Assembly: GCA_963813075.1 (NCBI GenBank)
Contig: CAWEXU010000030.1
Coordinates: 416,001-480,000, forward strand
Length of the DNA: 64,000 nucleotides
DNA from: Methanotrichaceae archaeon
GTDB lineage: Archaea; Halobacteriota; Methanosarcinia; Methanotrichales; Methanotrichaceae
Reading direction: 5' to 3'
The notes under the pieces are model-generated. The model ran no database searches and was not told the DNA's origin. It saw only the letters and a list, made by a program, of their open reading frames with translations. Below are positions 40,773 through 50,917 of the stretch, in pieces (positions within the stretch are counted from its first letter, which is position 1; each line of letters opens with the position of its first letter). A program made the position numbers and the translations under genes.

Positions 40773-40910
40773 TAAGAACCTCCCAATAGGTAAGAAATTG
40801 CTGGATTTCTATCGTTGCACTGGCGCTGTTTCAGCAGCAGCAAAGTGCTTTTCTTCTGTATACTCATGGTTAGCGCTTATAGTTTTGGTTTGATTGAGCA
40901 TCTCCACCCC

Positions 40911-41230
40911 CTATACATCTTTCAATATAATTATCAGGCCCTTTATCCAATCATCAACGGCCTCTTTTGCGGCATTCATGTCATCCAGCTCTTTTTCCTG
41001 GTGAGCAATATACTCATTTCTGAAGGAATAAATTTTATCTACAGTATCCAATATATCCTTCTTTTCTGGACCCGCAAATTTGCTTTTGATCGCAGAGAAG
41101 AGTCCACCGGGCGGAACCCGAGGGCTTTTTGCATACTCCAGACACCATTTCAATAGCCCTATGGGCATTATCCCATCGTTCTCCAGAAGAGTCCGGCGCA
41201 AGTTAATTGCTTGCCTCTTATGAAAGCTCT
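40911..41230 (-). pseudogene. C-terminal remnant, probably of a type III restriction (Res) subunit
   Basis: RRTL....G..PIGLL..CL.YA...GG.F....FRNEYIAHQEKEL; recognised from memory, not searched; no proper start. Confidence 0.5.
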
Positions 41231-41431
41231 CGTCTCTTGGATGCAGGACGCCAGGGCTTCGCTCCTGGGGATATTCACGGTCTCAATCTTCTGCATGGGC
41301 ATGGCACTGCCTGCAACGTCCACCGGGCGGCGGAGGCCGTACTCATCATACTTGCCGTCCCAGACCAGCTCGGTCTTCCTCCCGCAGAGCGGATGAGGGT
41401 TGTCCGGCCCCCAGCGAACGGGCTCAGTCAA
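41230..41431 (-). pseudogene. N-terminal remnant of a site-specific DNA methyltransferase (type III Mod-like), copy 1
   Basis: MTEPVRWGPDNPHPL..RKTELVWDGKYDEYG.RRPV......P.QKIET; TELVW.GK is typical of Mod N-termini; no catalytic motifs follow. Confidence 0.65.
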
Positions 41432-41659
41432 GGCAGAAGGCCTCCCGGAGAGGAGCGGGGACTGGAGATAACTGTGCAGCAGGCTTTGCAGACGTGGGGC
41501 AGATCGTCAATTATTATAATCCTCCTGATGACGGCTTTGCTCTGGCAGACGAAAAAGCTTTTGCATGAAGCAATGGTTTTGTATTCCTGAGGTATCGCAC
41601 GAAGCCTGGGCGGGAAGAGTATTTAAGCCGGCAAGCCAAATAGGTCCATAGGCAAAATT

Positions 41660-41851
41660 ATGAGCATATCCAAGACCATCGAATGTGTCTATGAACGTGG
41701 CGTCCTAAAGCCGCTCCATGAGGTAGATTTTAAAGAAGGAGAGAGGCTGAAGCTCACGATAAAGAGATTTGATATCTCCGATTTTCTCGGGGCATTTGGC
41801 GAGGGATCTATGGAAGAGTTAGAGGAGTTTGAAGAAGAGGCCCAGATGTGA
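41660..41851 (+). CDS. AF2212-like (DUF104) antitoxin
   Basis: TIECVYERGVLKPL..V...EGE motif; GTGA overlap with the PIN gene. Confidence 0.9.
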   Translation: MSISKTIECVYERGVLKPLHEVDFKEGERLKLTIKRFDISDFLGAFGEGSMEELEEFEEEAQM

Positions 41852-42303
41852 TCTTTCTAGATACAAATGTGCTATACAGCGTTTTAGTGCAAACGAAATT
41901 CAGCAAATCCGCACAAGAGATCATCTTGATGCCATCCGATCTGGCGACATCATCAACGGTTTTGAGCGAACTGATCTATGTCTCCCTTCGCAAGCTCTGC
42001 AAAGAACGATATGGGACCAAGAACTACTCCGAATTTCGCAAGGCCATAGTTCAAAGAGGCTATGGTCCTTTTAAAGAGGATTTGGATCTCTTGTTCAGGC
42101 TTATTGAAGAGAGGGAGGTCTCAATTCTTCCGATCAATGATGATCTGAATGAGTGGAAGAGTATCATGATCAGATACAATTTATTGCCCAATGATGCATT
42201 GATCGCTTCCACCTGTCTTAAGCATGAGATCTCCAGGATTGCCACATTTGATGGTGACTTCTTAAGAGTAGATTGGCTGAAGATAATCGGCAAAAAGCAA
42301 TGA
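41848..42303 (+). CDS. vapC: PIN-domain VapC toxin
   Basis: IFLDTNVL, LLPNDALI and IATFD.DF motifs. Confidence 0.93.
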   Translation: MIFLDTNVLYSVLVQTKFSKSAQEIILMPSDLATSSTVLSELIYVSLRKLCKERYGTKNYSEFRKAIVQRGYGPFKEDLDLLFRLIEEREVSILPINDDLNEWKSIMIRYNLLPNDALIASTCLKHEISRIATFDGDFLRVDWLKIIGKKQ

Positions 42304-42364
42304 CATCTGTGCTCTTCCTGATCGAAAGATGGCTGCGACCAAAGCTCTGCCCGAACGCCAGTAC

Positions 42365-42540
42365 CTAGTTCTCGAGGCTGTCGTCCAGAGCATCTATCTT
42401 CTGCATGGGCATGCTGCTCCCTGCAACATCCACCGGGTGGCGGTTGCCATACTCATCATACTTGCCGTCCAGACCAGCTCGGTCTTTCTTCCGAAGAGCG
42501 GATGAGGGTTGTCCGGGCCCCAGCGAACGGGCTCAGTCAA
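42365..42540 (-). pseudogene. Second Mod N-terminal remnant, frameshifted near 42470
   Basis: TTG ACT GAG CCC GTT CGC TGG... same peptide as copy 1, one G missing at LVW|D. Confidence 0.7.
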
Positions 42541-42890
42541 GGCAGAAGGCCTCCTGGTGACGGCTTTGCCCTGGCAGACGAAAAAGCTTTTGCATGAACC
42601 ACATTCTGTACGAAAAGCATTTATGCCCGAAGGGTATTATTTAATTAGTTACCCATTGGGATGTGCGCTTTGCGCATAGATGACAGATAAACGTAAAGCC
42701 TTCTGTCCTTGAGCAACGGATTGACTTTCATGGGGAGGTACCTGGCCAAATCCCGCTCTATTGCCCTATCAGTTGAGCACTGATCAACATAAACAGTGAT
42801 CTGGAGAGGATGGCCTCCTGTGCAGCGATTCGAGATAGATTTGAAGAGGTTGATGGAAGCCTATTTTGCCTTCATCCCACAGTTGGGCAT

Positions 42891-43182
42891 CTAGCCTTCC
42901 CTTTCTATCTTTTCTAGGATTTCCGCCGCTCGTTGGGTAGACAAAATTATGATGATCCACATATAAAAATTGGACTCTGTTTCCTTTTATCCTATAAACG
43001 ATGACATAAGGGTTTACATGGGTGCCGCGAGCATTCCTTAGATTGTGGCTTTTTGGGTTGCCTATTGATGGATTATCGAGAATCTGGCTGATTTTCTTAA
43101 GGAAGCGCTCTTTCAGCGCCTTATTCTTCCGGGTTAGCTTTGAAAACTGCTCCTCAAACTCAGGAGTTGATTCAAAGTCCAT
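42891..43182 (-). CDS. RelE/ParE-superfamily toxin; probable extra base near 42935
   Basis: TPEFEEQFSKL...I..ILDNP.IG.P....L...R..HV.PYVIVY.I....V.FL.VDHH; corrected end YQRAAEILEKIEREG*. Confidence 0.8.
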
Positions 43183-43187
43183 GTGAC

Positions 43188-43352
43188 CTACTCAAGGTTC
43201 CTCAAATGGTCCAAGAACTCTTCCTTGGTCTTGAAGGTCTTGACTAAACCGGCATCCGCCTGTTTGATGCTTCTGCGAACCCCTTCCTCAAATTCCTTCA
43301 GGGCGGTCTCGTTTGCATCCTGGATAACTGTCCGTTCTTTTACTCCGGCCAT
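43188..43352 (-). CDS. Putative antitoxin for the RelE-like toxin (not in the ORF track)
   Basis: Manual translation MAGVKERTVIQDANETALKEFEEGVRRSIKQADAGLVKTFKTKEEFLDHLRNLE*; 5 bp upstream of the toxin. Confidence 0.75.
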   Translation of the reverse strand: MAGVKERTVIQDANETALKEFEEGVRRSIKQADAGLVKTFKTKEEFLDHLRNLE

Positions 43353-43461
43353 GTCATGTACTCATCTCGTAGGAGAGATATAGGTTTCGATATGGCTTGC
43401 ATCACACCGCCAGGGATATGATCAAACTTTAAATCCCTTAAGAGCGCATAGGAAAAGTGCT

Positions 43462-43685
43462 ATGTTCGCGGAGTATATCCAGGCGGCTTTATCAAAGGCA
43501 ACTTATGAGATCATCGAAGACCAAGAGCCTTTCTCGGCGAGATCCCCGAACTTCGAGGATGGGGGGAGAACTTGAAGGGCGTTATCGAAGGCTGGATAGC
43601 CTTAAGACTGCGATTGGGTTTAGCCATACCTCCTATTAACGGGCATGCGATAGAGATACCCTCCCGGGCGGAAGCAGTTGTCTAG
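43462..43685 (+). pseudogene. hicB: HicB antitoxin, degraded
   Basis: MFAEYIQAAL.KA.YEIIED.EPF / GEIPELRG / ENL..VIEGWI.LRL..G..IP spread over frames; central segment missing. Confidence 0.75.
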
Positions 43686-43904
43686 ACTCACAAGCATCTC
43701 ATGGGGCGAACTTGTTAAGCGACTTGGAGAGCTTGGCTTTGAAGGCCCTTATCTTAGCAGCGGCCCACATCCTTATTTTGTGAGAAGAGGGGATTTAACC
43801 GTTGATTGCCGAATCCGCATAAACAGGAGATTGGTGTTGGCCTGCTCAAGAAGATCAGCAAGCAGGCCGAGATAAGCCGCGATGAATGGCTTTCCTCAAT
43901 CTGA
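43678..43904 (+). pseudogene. hicA: HicA toxin, frameshifted near 43805
   Basis: ISWGELVKRL..LGFEGP....PHPY...GDLTV / PNPHKQEIGVGLL..I..QA.ISRDEW. Confidence 0.8.
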
Positions 43905-44142
43905 GTCTCTTTACTCACAAAAATCCCTGCCCTCTGTGCAAGCCGGTTCTATGCATTTCCGGTCGTGTACGAGTCTCATTGAATTGGATAGATATAGATC
44001 TGAAAGGTCATAGGTCATTATCGAACCTTTTGAATAGCCTGCGCACCTCACTCAATTTGCCATCCCTTCCTCAGTAAGAAAGCCATTGGGCTTACCCATG
44101 AAAAAAGCTTACGGAGGAAAATCATTTCCATTGTAGAACTGA

Positions 44143-44886
44143 TCAACTATTTGGATAATTTGGTCTTCCAACTCTGCCGGATCCCCTGACCGCCCATTCT
44201 GCATTATTGGTTTGTGCATATGGATTTAATGGGACAGCAAAATCTCTAGCAGTATACCCCGACAATACCTTCGGTTTGGGAGAATTAGACTCCGTCATTC
44301 CCAACTGATTTGTTAATTGATCCTTCTCATCAGGTGAGCTATCGCTGTTAACAGAATCTGTGTATCCAAGCTCCTCTGATTTGGAAAGAGCTGCTCTCGC
44401 TTCATCATCCTTGCCAAGCAAGTTGAGTACAAATCCTTTATTGTACCAGGCCTCGGCGAAATTTGGATCGCATTCAATAGCATTGTCAAACGCCTTAATT
44501 GCCTCCTCGAACCTATCTAGATAACGGAGCGCTTTGCCCTTGGCGAACCAGGCAGATGCGTATTGGGGATCTAGTTCTATAACCCTATCGTAAGCATTGA
44601 TGGCCTCATCATAATTGGCCTGGCTATAGAGAGAATTGCCTTTATTGTACCATATCTGAGGAGACAGCGGATCAAATTCAAGCGCATTGTTGAAAGCTTG
44701 CAGGGCCTCGACATATTTTCCCTGGCTATAAAGTGATATACCATTTGCATTCCAGGTTGCCGCAGACTCGGCGGCAGATTCATCACCATTCACAGGAAAA
44801 GATAAAATAAGAAAAATTATAAGAGTAAATGTCAGGCACTCCATAAAATGAATTCCTATCTCGTCAATTGATCGAAATCTCCACAT
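44143..44886 (-). CDS. Secreted TPR-repeat protein
   Basis: Four W.NKG..L...G.Y.EA..A.D.A...DP repeats after a hydrophobic leader. Confidence 0.9.
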   Translation of the reverse strand: MWRFRSIDEIGIHFMECLTFTLIIFLILSFPVNGDESAAESAATWNANGISLYSQGKYVEALQAFNNALEFDPLSPQIWYNKGNSLYSQANYDEAINAYDRVIELDPQYASAWFAKGKALRYLDRFEEAIKAFDNAIECDPNFAEAWYNKGFVLNLLGKDDEARAALSKSEELGYTDSVNSDSSPDEKDQLTNQLGMTESNSPKPKVLSGYTARDFAVPLNPYAQTNNAEWAVRGSGRVGRPNYPNS

Positions 44887-45165
44887 TTAAATCCGTCCTG
44901 TATTTCCTCATATTCACTTATCATTCAATAATAAATAGTTTTAGTAGTAAACCGACAAATTCATAAGAGACAATTTGTGATAGGTTCGTATTAGCAAGAT
45001 AAAATATGCTACAATAAAGCGATTCACTGCGCTATGCATAGATCCGATTACTCGATACACCGTTTTCTTCTATTAAACTTAAAATAAATTGTCTAAGGAT
45101 AAAAGGAGGTGGTGCGCGAGGTCACCCCCAAACCATCTCTCCTTAGACCTATCACTATAATACGA

Positions 45166-47644
45166 TCACATACCGAAAGCTGTTCCCTCATGTAGATTAT
45201 CTCCGAAAGCCGTTCCATCGTCTGCATTATCTCCGAAAGCCGTTCCATCGTCTGCATTATCTCCGAAAGCAGGGCCGTTATCTGCAGGGGATTCTCCAGA
45301 TTGTTGGTCCAATTGCCTTCCGAGTTCGTCCAGGTCATTCATCAGGGCATCCACTTCATCCGCGGAAAGGTCTTTACCCTTTGTTCGCGATTCGAGTAGA
45401 TCGATCAGAATAGCATCTTTCTGCGTTTTGGAGAGCTTCTCATCTTGTGTTTGTGAAACAGATTGGCCGTTTGTGGATTGTTGGCTCGATTGCTGATTTG
45501 CGGACTGAGAAGCAGGATTGATTGTGGGTGAACTCTGTTGAGGGGGCTGGTCGATGTAACCATTTTTCTGGAGATATATTCGTGTGCTAGTGGACGAAGA
45601 GCTGCTGGAGACCGCTGCATAATACATGTTTGTCGCATATCCAGGCGCCTCTGCTGTAATCGTCCAGGTTCCTGGATCTCCATAAGCAATTGTATGACCA
45701 TTGCTATCCCAATTAGTGGGCACAATATTCCCCGATCCATCCCGGACGGCGACTTTAGTCCCTGCAGGAACAGCATTGCCGTTCTCATTTCTCAGATCGA
45801 TCTCCAGAGAGACTTTTGTTGCCGCTGAACTCGCAGGCTGATCTGCAGGAAAAGCTGAAGATTGTGGAGTATATGGGCGAATTCACTGAGGGGGCTTGAT
45901 CATTAGTCCCACCTTCCTGCAAATTCATTCTAAAGCTAGAATGTGAAGATTCACTGGACACAGATGTATACCCTGTGTTTGTCGCATACCCAGGGGCATC
46001 AGCAGTAATGGTCCAGGTTCCTGGATCGCCATAAACAAGGGCATAGCCATTGCTATCCAAATTTGCCTTAACATAATTGCCGGATCCATCCTCGATAAGA
46101 ACCTTCGTACCTGCAGGAGCTGGATTGCCGTTTTCATTTCTAAGACTGAGCTCCAATTGGACCTGTCCTGTGAGTGGTCCGCCAGATGAATCGCGGTGAA
46201 TCGACTCTGAGTTACTGCTTGGTATTTGGTTGACGTATGCAGAATCTTCAATCTGCTGGTTGTCTCCAAAAGCAAAATCGTCCGGCTGGTCTATTGGCTC
46301 GGTTACTGTCGGCGGATCTACTGGCTGAACTGCAGGCGTCTGGCTCGATGCACTTGTTTGCGCCAATTCGAGTCGTTTCTCTTGGGAATAGCCGGTTGTA
46401 CCGTCTTCATATCGCACTTCCCACCAGGTGAAATCATCTCGGTAATATGGACCGCTTAAGACTGTGGCAGTGTTACCCGCTGATTTTGTGCTGATAACAG
46501 TACCACTACTCAATCCCGGCGCATCTCGGACGTTCAGGCTATCAGTTACCTCAATTCTGTCGCCTTTAGAGAATTTGGCATTGGTGGATTGAGTTGCGGT
46601 TTGGGCAGGTTCTCTCAAATTAGATTCTAACTCATATTTGGAACGAGATGATGCAGGAGGCTGGTTCGATGCGCTGGTTTGCACCAATTCAAGTCTCTTC
46701 TCCTGAGAATAGCCGGTTGTGCCGTCATCATATTGAACTTCCCACCAGGTGAAATCGTCTTTGAAATATGGACCGCTTAAGACTGTGGCAGTGCTACCCG
46801 CTGCTTTTGTGCTGGTTACTGTTCCGCTGGATAATCCTGGCGAATCTCGAACGTTTAGGCTATCCGTTACCTCAATTCTATCGCCTTTGGCGAATTTTTT
46901 TTGAGAAGATTGACTCTTGGTTTGGGAATTAGATTGTGATATGTCAGTTGGGCTTGTTTCAAGCCATCTGACATTAGATTGCTGAGTGCCGACCGAAAAC
47001 GCATCTGCTGCTGCGGTAGGCTGCGGATCCACTGGCTGTGTGACAGGCGGTTTATTTGTTGGCACTGATTCTATGGATTTTTCTACTACTGAATTAATCG
47101 AACCATAACTGGATGCATCAGATGATATACCCGATGTTGGTAGTGATACCACTGGGGTTTCAATTTTCGCTTGCGCTAATTTTGAAGATGAACTCGACGA
47201 TACACTAGCCGGTTCTAGTGGTTCGTGAGGCAAGACAGACAGCCAAAAATCAGTTATCCCATATTTATCTTCAAACTCCTTTAGTTTATCTTTGTTTTTT
47301 TCAAGTACGTTTAGATAAAACAACATTCCATTAAAGCCCGAATAGGCACCTGGGATGTGAATCTGGCTTCCGAAGGCAGCCGAATCCTTTGCAATTGACC
47401 ACCCTAGATCATCCCATATTGGATCTTCCCACTTGGTAATATCGGATTTTGTGGGTGGATGCTTAGCTGCTGTTATTACAGTGTTTTCCGGTACAATCGC
47501 CTGATAATAATCGACTAAACTGGGTTGATTTACGGTACCATATCCACTTGGACTATATTCAGCATATCCAAAATTCATGATAACTAAAAATTGTATTAAT
47601 ATTATAAGTAGAATAAATTCCAAAGATCGGATTTTTTTGATCAT
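45166..47644 (-). CDS. Large secreted protein with two SH3b domains and two carboxypeptidase-regulatory-like beta-sandwiches; frameshift near 45870
   Basis: Signal peptide; 2x DSLNVRD.PG.S...GP...DDFTWWEV.Y.DGTTGY; 2x RNENGN..PAGTKV...DGSGN...GDPGTWTITA.APGYAT, the second in a shifted frame. Confidence 0.85.
45173..45285. repeat. 30-bp coding tandem repeat, ~4 copies (AFGDNADDGT)
   Basis: CCGAAAGCCGTTCCATCGTCTGCATTATCT repeated head to tail. Confidence 0.9.
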
Positions 47645-48529
47645 ATATTCCCAATCCCTCCTAAAACATCGCTGGTACTTAGGGCAAATTCAATCGAAGA
47701 TAGTTTTTGCATATGTTTCGAACTCCTTCTTTTTTAAAAGATATAATATTTCTCCAGACGATTTTGGATATATCCCACCGTTGGATATTTAACTTTATAC
47801 TAACCAAAATTAATGAGAATTGTACAGGTTTTGCAAATAGAAGTTTAAACACCATCATTTTGCAAATTATATGCATTACTATTATAAACCTTTTTAGATT
47901 ATATGGTAGCGTGACGATTTTGCTGTATAATTTGCAGGAATATTACGAAACGGAAAACGACTTGCGGTCGGCGAGATAGCAACAAGTTAATCTATGAAAT
48001 ATTATAATTAACTCTATATCATCAAGTCGCAAAACTCAGGGGGGACATAGAGCCATGAATATAACTGACCTAGCAGATGATGGCTCTTCGCTAAATTACG
48101 CGGGTAATGTACTGCAGAGAATTTTTCTTTGTGCTTTTGTGCCTTGCTATGAAAATGATTCGATTATCGCTATCTAAGGACCATTTTCCTTTCTTCGGGC
48201 GCAATTCCCATAATGCCTCAAAAAAAAGAGGCTCTTCGCTGTATCGAGTGGTAGCGGGATAATTAACCCTGGTGGTTTACGGAATACGAAATAAAACCTC
48301 AGAGTCACAGAGTGCACGGAGGATCATGAAAAAATGTCGAATTCCTGTGACTTTTGCACGAACCCAGACCAAATAGTGAGTAGCCAAAAACGAATCATGG
48401 CGTTTTGTGGTGAGGTCCAGGCATCCCGATTGCCAGTCATTATAACCTCTTCCCAGGGTATGGTCAATCCGGAAAACGGCGTCCCTATTGAAAGAGCTTA
48501 ATAGAAAGATCCTTTACCTGTAAAAAACA

Positions 48530-48604
48530 TGCTCCGGTTGGGATTTGAACCCAAGTCGAAGGAGTGAGAGTCCTACATGATTGGCCGAGCTACACTACCG
48601 GAGC
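48530..48604 (-). tRNA. tRNA-Glu (CTC), no intron, CCA not encoded
   Basis: GCTCCGGTAGTGTAGCTCGGCCAATCATGTAGGACTCTCACTCCTTCGACTTGGGTTCAAATCCCAACCGGAGCA folds as a cloverleaf. Confidence 0.95.
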
Positions 48605-48632
48605 GCGGATTGGGGGTGGTTTCTTCTATCAT

Positions 48633-49365
48633 TTAAGGCTTTTGGCCCTGCACACCAGATGCCTCTCGCCGGAGGGATTTGCTGGCAGCATCTGCAGAAA
48701 GCTCCTGCAAAAAGCACTGGCAGCACTCCTTCAGTGCGCACTCCTCGTGCTTGGGCCCACGGGCGCGGCAGATCTGCCTCCCGTGGCGGATCAGGTTCAG
48801 GTGAAAGGAGTGGTAGCACTCGGGGGGCACAATCCTCTCCAGGGCTTTTTGCGCCTTCTCCGGCGATAGGTTTTCAGGAACCAGGCCCAGCCGCCGGGAG
48901 ACCCGGAAGACGTGCGTGTCCACGGGCATGAAGGGCATGCCAAAGGCAAAGAGCAGGACGATGGAGGCCGTCTTCGGCCCCACCCCGGGCAGGGCCAGGA
49001 GGTAGCTCATAGCCACGATCCTTGTCCATTTCCCCCAGAAAGCGGATATCCATCGCCCCCCGGTCATTCTTGATCCTGAGGAGGACCTCCTGTATCCGCC
49101 GGGCCTTGATCTCCGCCAGCCCCCCCTCCCGGATGCAGTCCGCCAACTCCTCCGCCCGGGCCGATAAGAGCGACTCATAGTCCCCATAGTCCCTCTTCAG
49201 ATTGGCGAACGCCCGCAGGCTGTTGGTGTCGCTGGTATTCTGAGAGAGGATGGTCATGACCAAAAGGTCCAGGGGATCGATACGATCCTGGCGGGGAAGG
49301 CCATACTCCTCCTCCAGAATGCCAATGCAGGCCAGAACTTTCTCGCCGACCTTCTGCTTTGCCAT
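48633..49365 (-). CDS. nth: Endonuclease III (HhH-GPD, 4Fe-4S); frameshift near 49015
   Basis: ILSQNTSD, LPGVGPKTA, PVDTHVFRV and C-x6-H-x2-C-x5-C motifs split over two frames. Confidence 0.9.
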
Positions 49366-49447
49366 CCCTCCGGAGACTGCCCTTATTGCCTTAAAGCTTA
49401 TTGCCAATATCCAGTCAGCAAAAATTCATTAACTATGGAATGAAATA

Positions 49448-50701
49448 ATGAGCCAGATGGATTTTGTCGACATCTACCCCTTTCTAGTGGCCATGCTCAT
49501 AGGAGCGCTCATCGGCACTGAGCGCCAGCGCCGCCTGGCAGAGGATAAGGTCCGGGGGGTGGCGGGCCTCAGAACCTTCATTCTCATCGCCCTCCTTGGG
49601 GCCTTGTCCGCCACCCTGGCCACCCAGTTCGGCCCCCTCTTTGCCGTCGCCGCTCTCACCTCATTTGTCATCCTGGTGGCAGTGGGCTACGCCTCTGCCG
49701 TCAGCTCCCTGGGAAGGATAGATCTCACTGCCGCCGTGGCTGCAGTCGTCACATTCGTCCTGGGAATGCTGGCCAGCGATCCGGAGAAGATCACCCTGGC
49801 CGTCTCGCTGAGCATTATCACCACCTGGGTCCTGGCCACCCGCACCGTCACCCACCGCTACGTAGAGGCCCTGAACGAGGCAGACCTGCTCGACACCCTG
49901 AAGATGGGCATCATCGCCCTGGTGATCTATCCCATACTGCCCGTGGAGCCGCTCGACCCCTGGGGGGTGATCAACCTCCGCCAGATCTGGCTCTTCGTGA
50001 TCCTGGTCAGCCTGATAGGCTATATCGGCTACATCCTCATCCGCATCCTGGGGGCGGAGAGGGGCCTGACCCTGACCGGCATCCTGGGCGGCCTGGTATC
50101 GAGCATCGCCGTCACCTCCTCCCTGGCCGAGGAGTCGAGAATCAACCCCCAGCTGCTATCCTCGGCCGTCTTCGCCACCGCCATCGCTAGCAGCACCGTA
50201 TTCCCCCGGGTCCTGTTCATCGCCGCAGTGGTAAACAAGGAGCTATTGGCTGACCTTTTCATACCCCTCCTGACCATGACCCTGGTCGGCGCGGCCCTGG
50301 CCTACATATCACACCGCAGAAATCCTCCCCTGGGCGGTGAGGTAAAGGTCTCCGACCCCTTCAGAATCCTCCCCGCTCTGAAGCTGGGCTCGCTCTTCGC
50401 CCTGGTGCTGATCATCTCCCGCCTTTCAGGCCTCTACTTCGGGGACACGGGAATCTATGCCGCCAGCATTCTCTCCGGTCTCGTGGATGTCGATGCCATC
50501 ACCCTGAGCATGGCCACCTTAGCCCGGTCAACCCTGACCCCCGGCGTCGCCGCCACCTCCATCACCCTGGCGGTCATATCCAACATCCTGGTCAAGCTGG
50601 CCATCGCCTATCTCCTGGGGAGCAGAGAGTTCGGTAATCGCATGGCGGCCATCCTGCTGCCCATGGCCCTGGCCGGAGCCCTCTCCATGCTCCTTATCTA
50701 A
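49448..50701 (+). CDS. MgtC/SapB family protein with DUF4010
   Basis: GALIGTERQ, AGLRTF, GGLVSS.A.T and GLVDVDAIT motifs. Confidence 0.92.
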   Translation: MSQMDFVDIYPFLVAMLIGALIGTERQRRLAEDKVRGVAGLRTFILIALLGALSATLATQFGPLFAVAALTSFVILVAVGYASAVSSLGRIDLTAAVAAVVTFVLGMLASDPEKITLAVSLSIITTWVLATRTVTHRYVEALNEADLLDTLKMGIIALVIYPILPVEPLDPWGVINLRQIWLFVILVSLIGYIGYILIRILGAERGLTLTGILGGLVSSIAVTSSLAEESRINPQLLSSAVFATAIASSTVFPRVLFIAAVVNKELLADLFIPLLTMTLVGAALAYISHRRNPPLGGEVKVSDPFRILPALKLGSLFALVLIISRLSGLYFGDTGIYAASILSGLVDVDAITLSMATLARSTLTPGVAATSITLAVISNILVKLAIAYLLGSREFGNRMAAILLPMALAGALSMLLI

Positions 50702-50754
50702 AAGAGGTCTTGATCTAAAACAGGAAAGGGGAACGGGAAAAGGAAAAAGAAAGA

Positions 50755-50828
50755 TGGGCCCGACGCGGTTCGAACGCGTGATCCCCGCCGTGTAAGGGCG
50801 ATGTCATAACCAGCTAGACCACGGGCCC
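50755..50828 (-). tRNA. tRNA-Val (TAC)
   Basis: GGGCCCGTGGTCTAGCTGGTTATGACATCGCCCTTACACGGCGGGGATCACGCGTTCGAACCGCGTCGGGCCCA; followed by a pyrimidine tract on its own strand. Confidence 0.96.
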
Positions 50829-50917
50829 TGCCCCTTTACTATCTGCTCGTCATATTAGATCTTATCGCTTAGCCTGAGCGAACAGGCCCGGCCGGCTGCC
50901 GGGCTGCTCGCGATCTA

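Larger units (their letters stand above)
41286..42598. repeat. Pair of ~200-bp diverged direct repeats (41286-41569 and 42396-42598) flanking a vapBC module
   Basis: Shared ATCTTCTGCATGGGCATG...CAGCGAACGGGCTCAGTCAAGGCAGAAGGCCTCC...TGGCAGACGAAAAAGCTTTTGCATGAA; copy 1 has 80 extra bp. Confidence 0.92.

Noticed and set aside
45173..45285. 30-bp repeats as a possible CRISPR array
   Set aside because: Head-to-tail with no spacers, in frame within a CDS, and no cas genes in the window.
47650..48529. Long AT-rich intergenic stretch as a possible ncRNA or MITE
   Set aside because: Only short motifs (CACAGAG/CTTTGTG-like, one small hairpin near 48215); no terminal inverted repeats or recognisable RNA family by eye.
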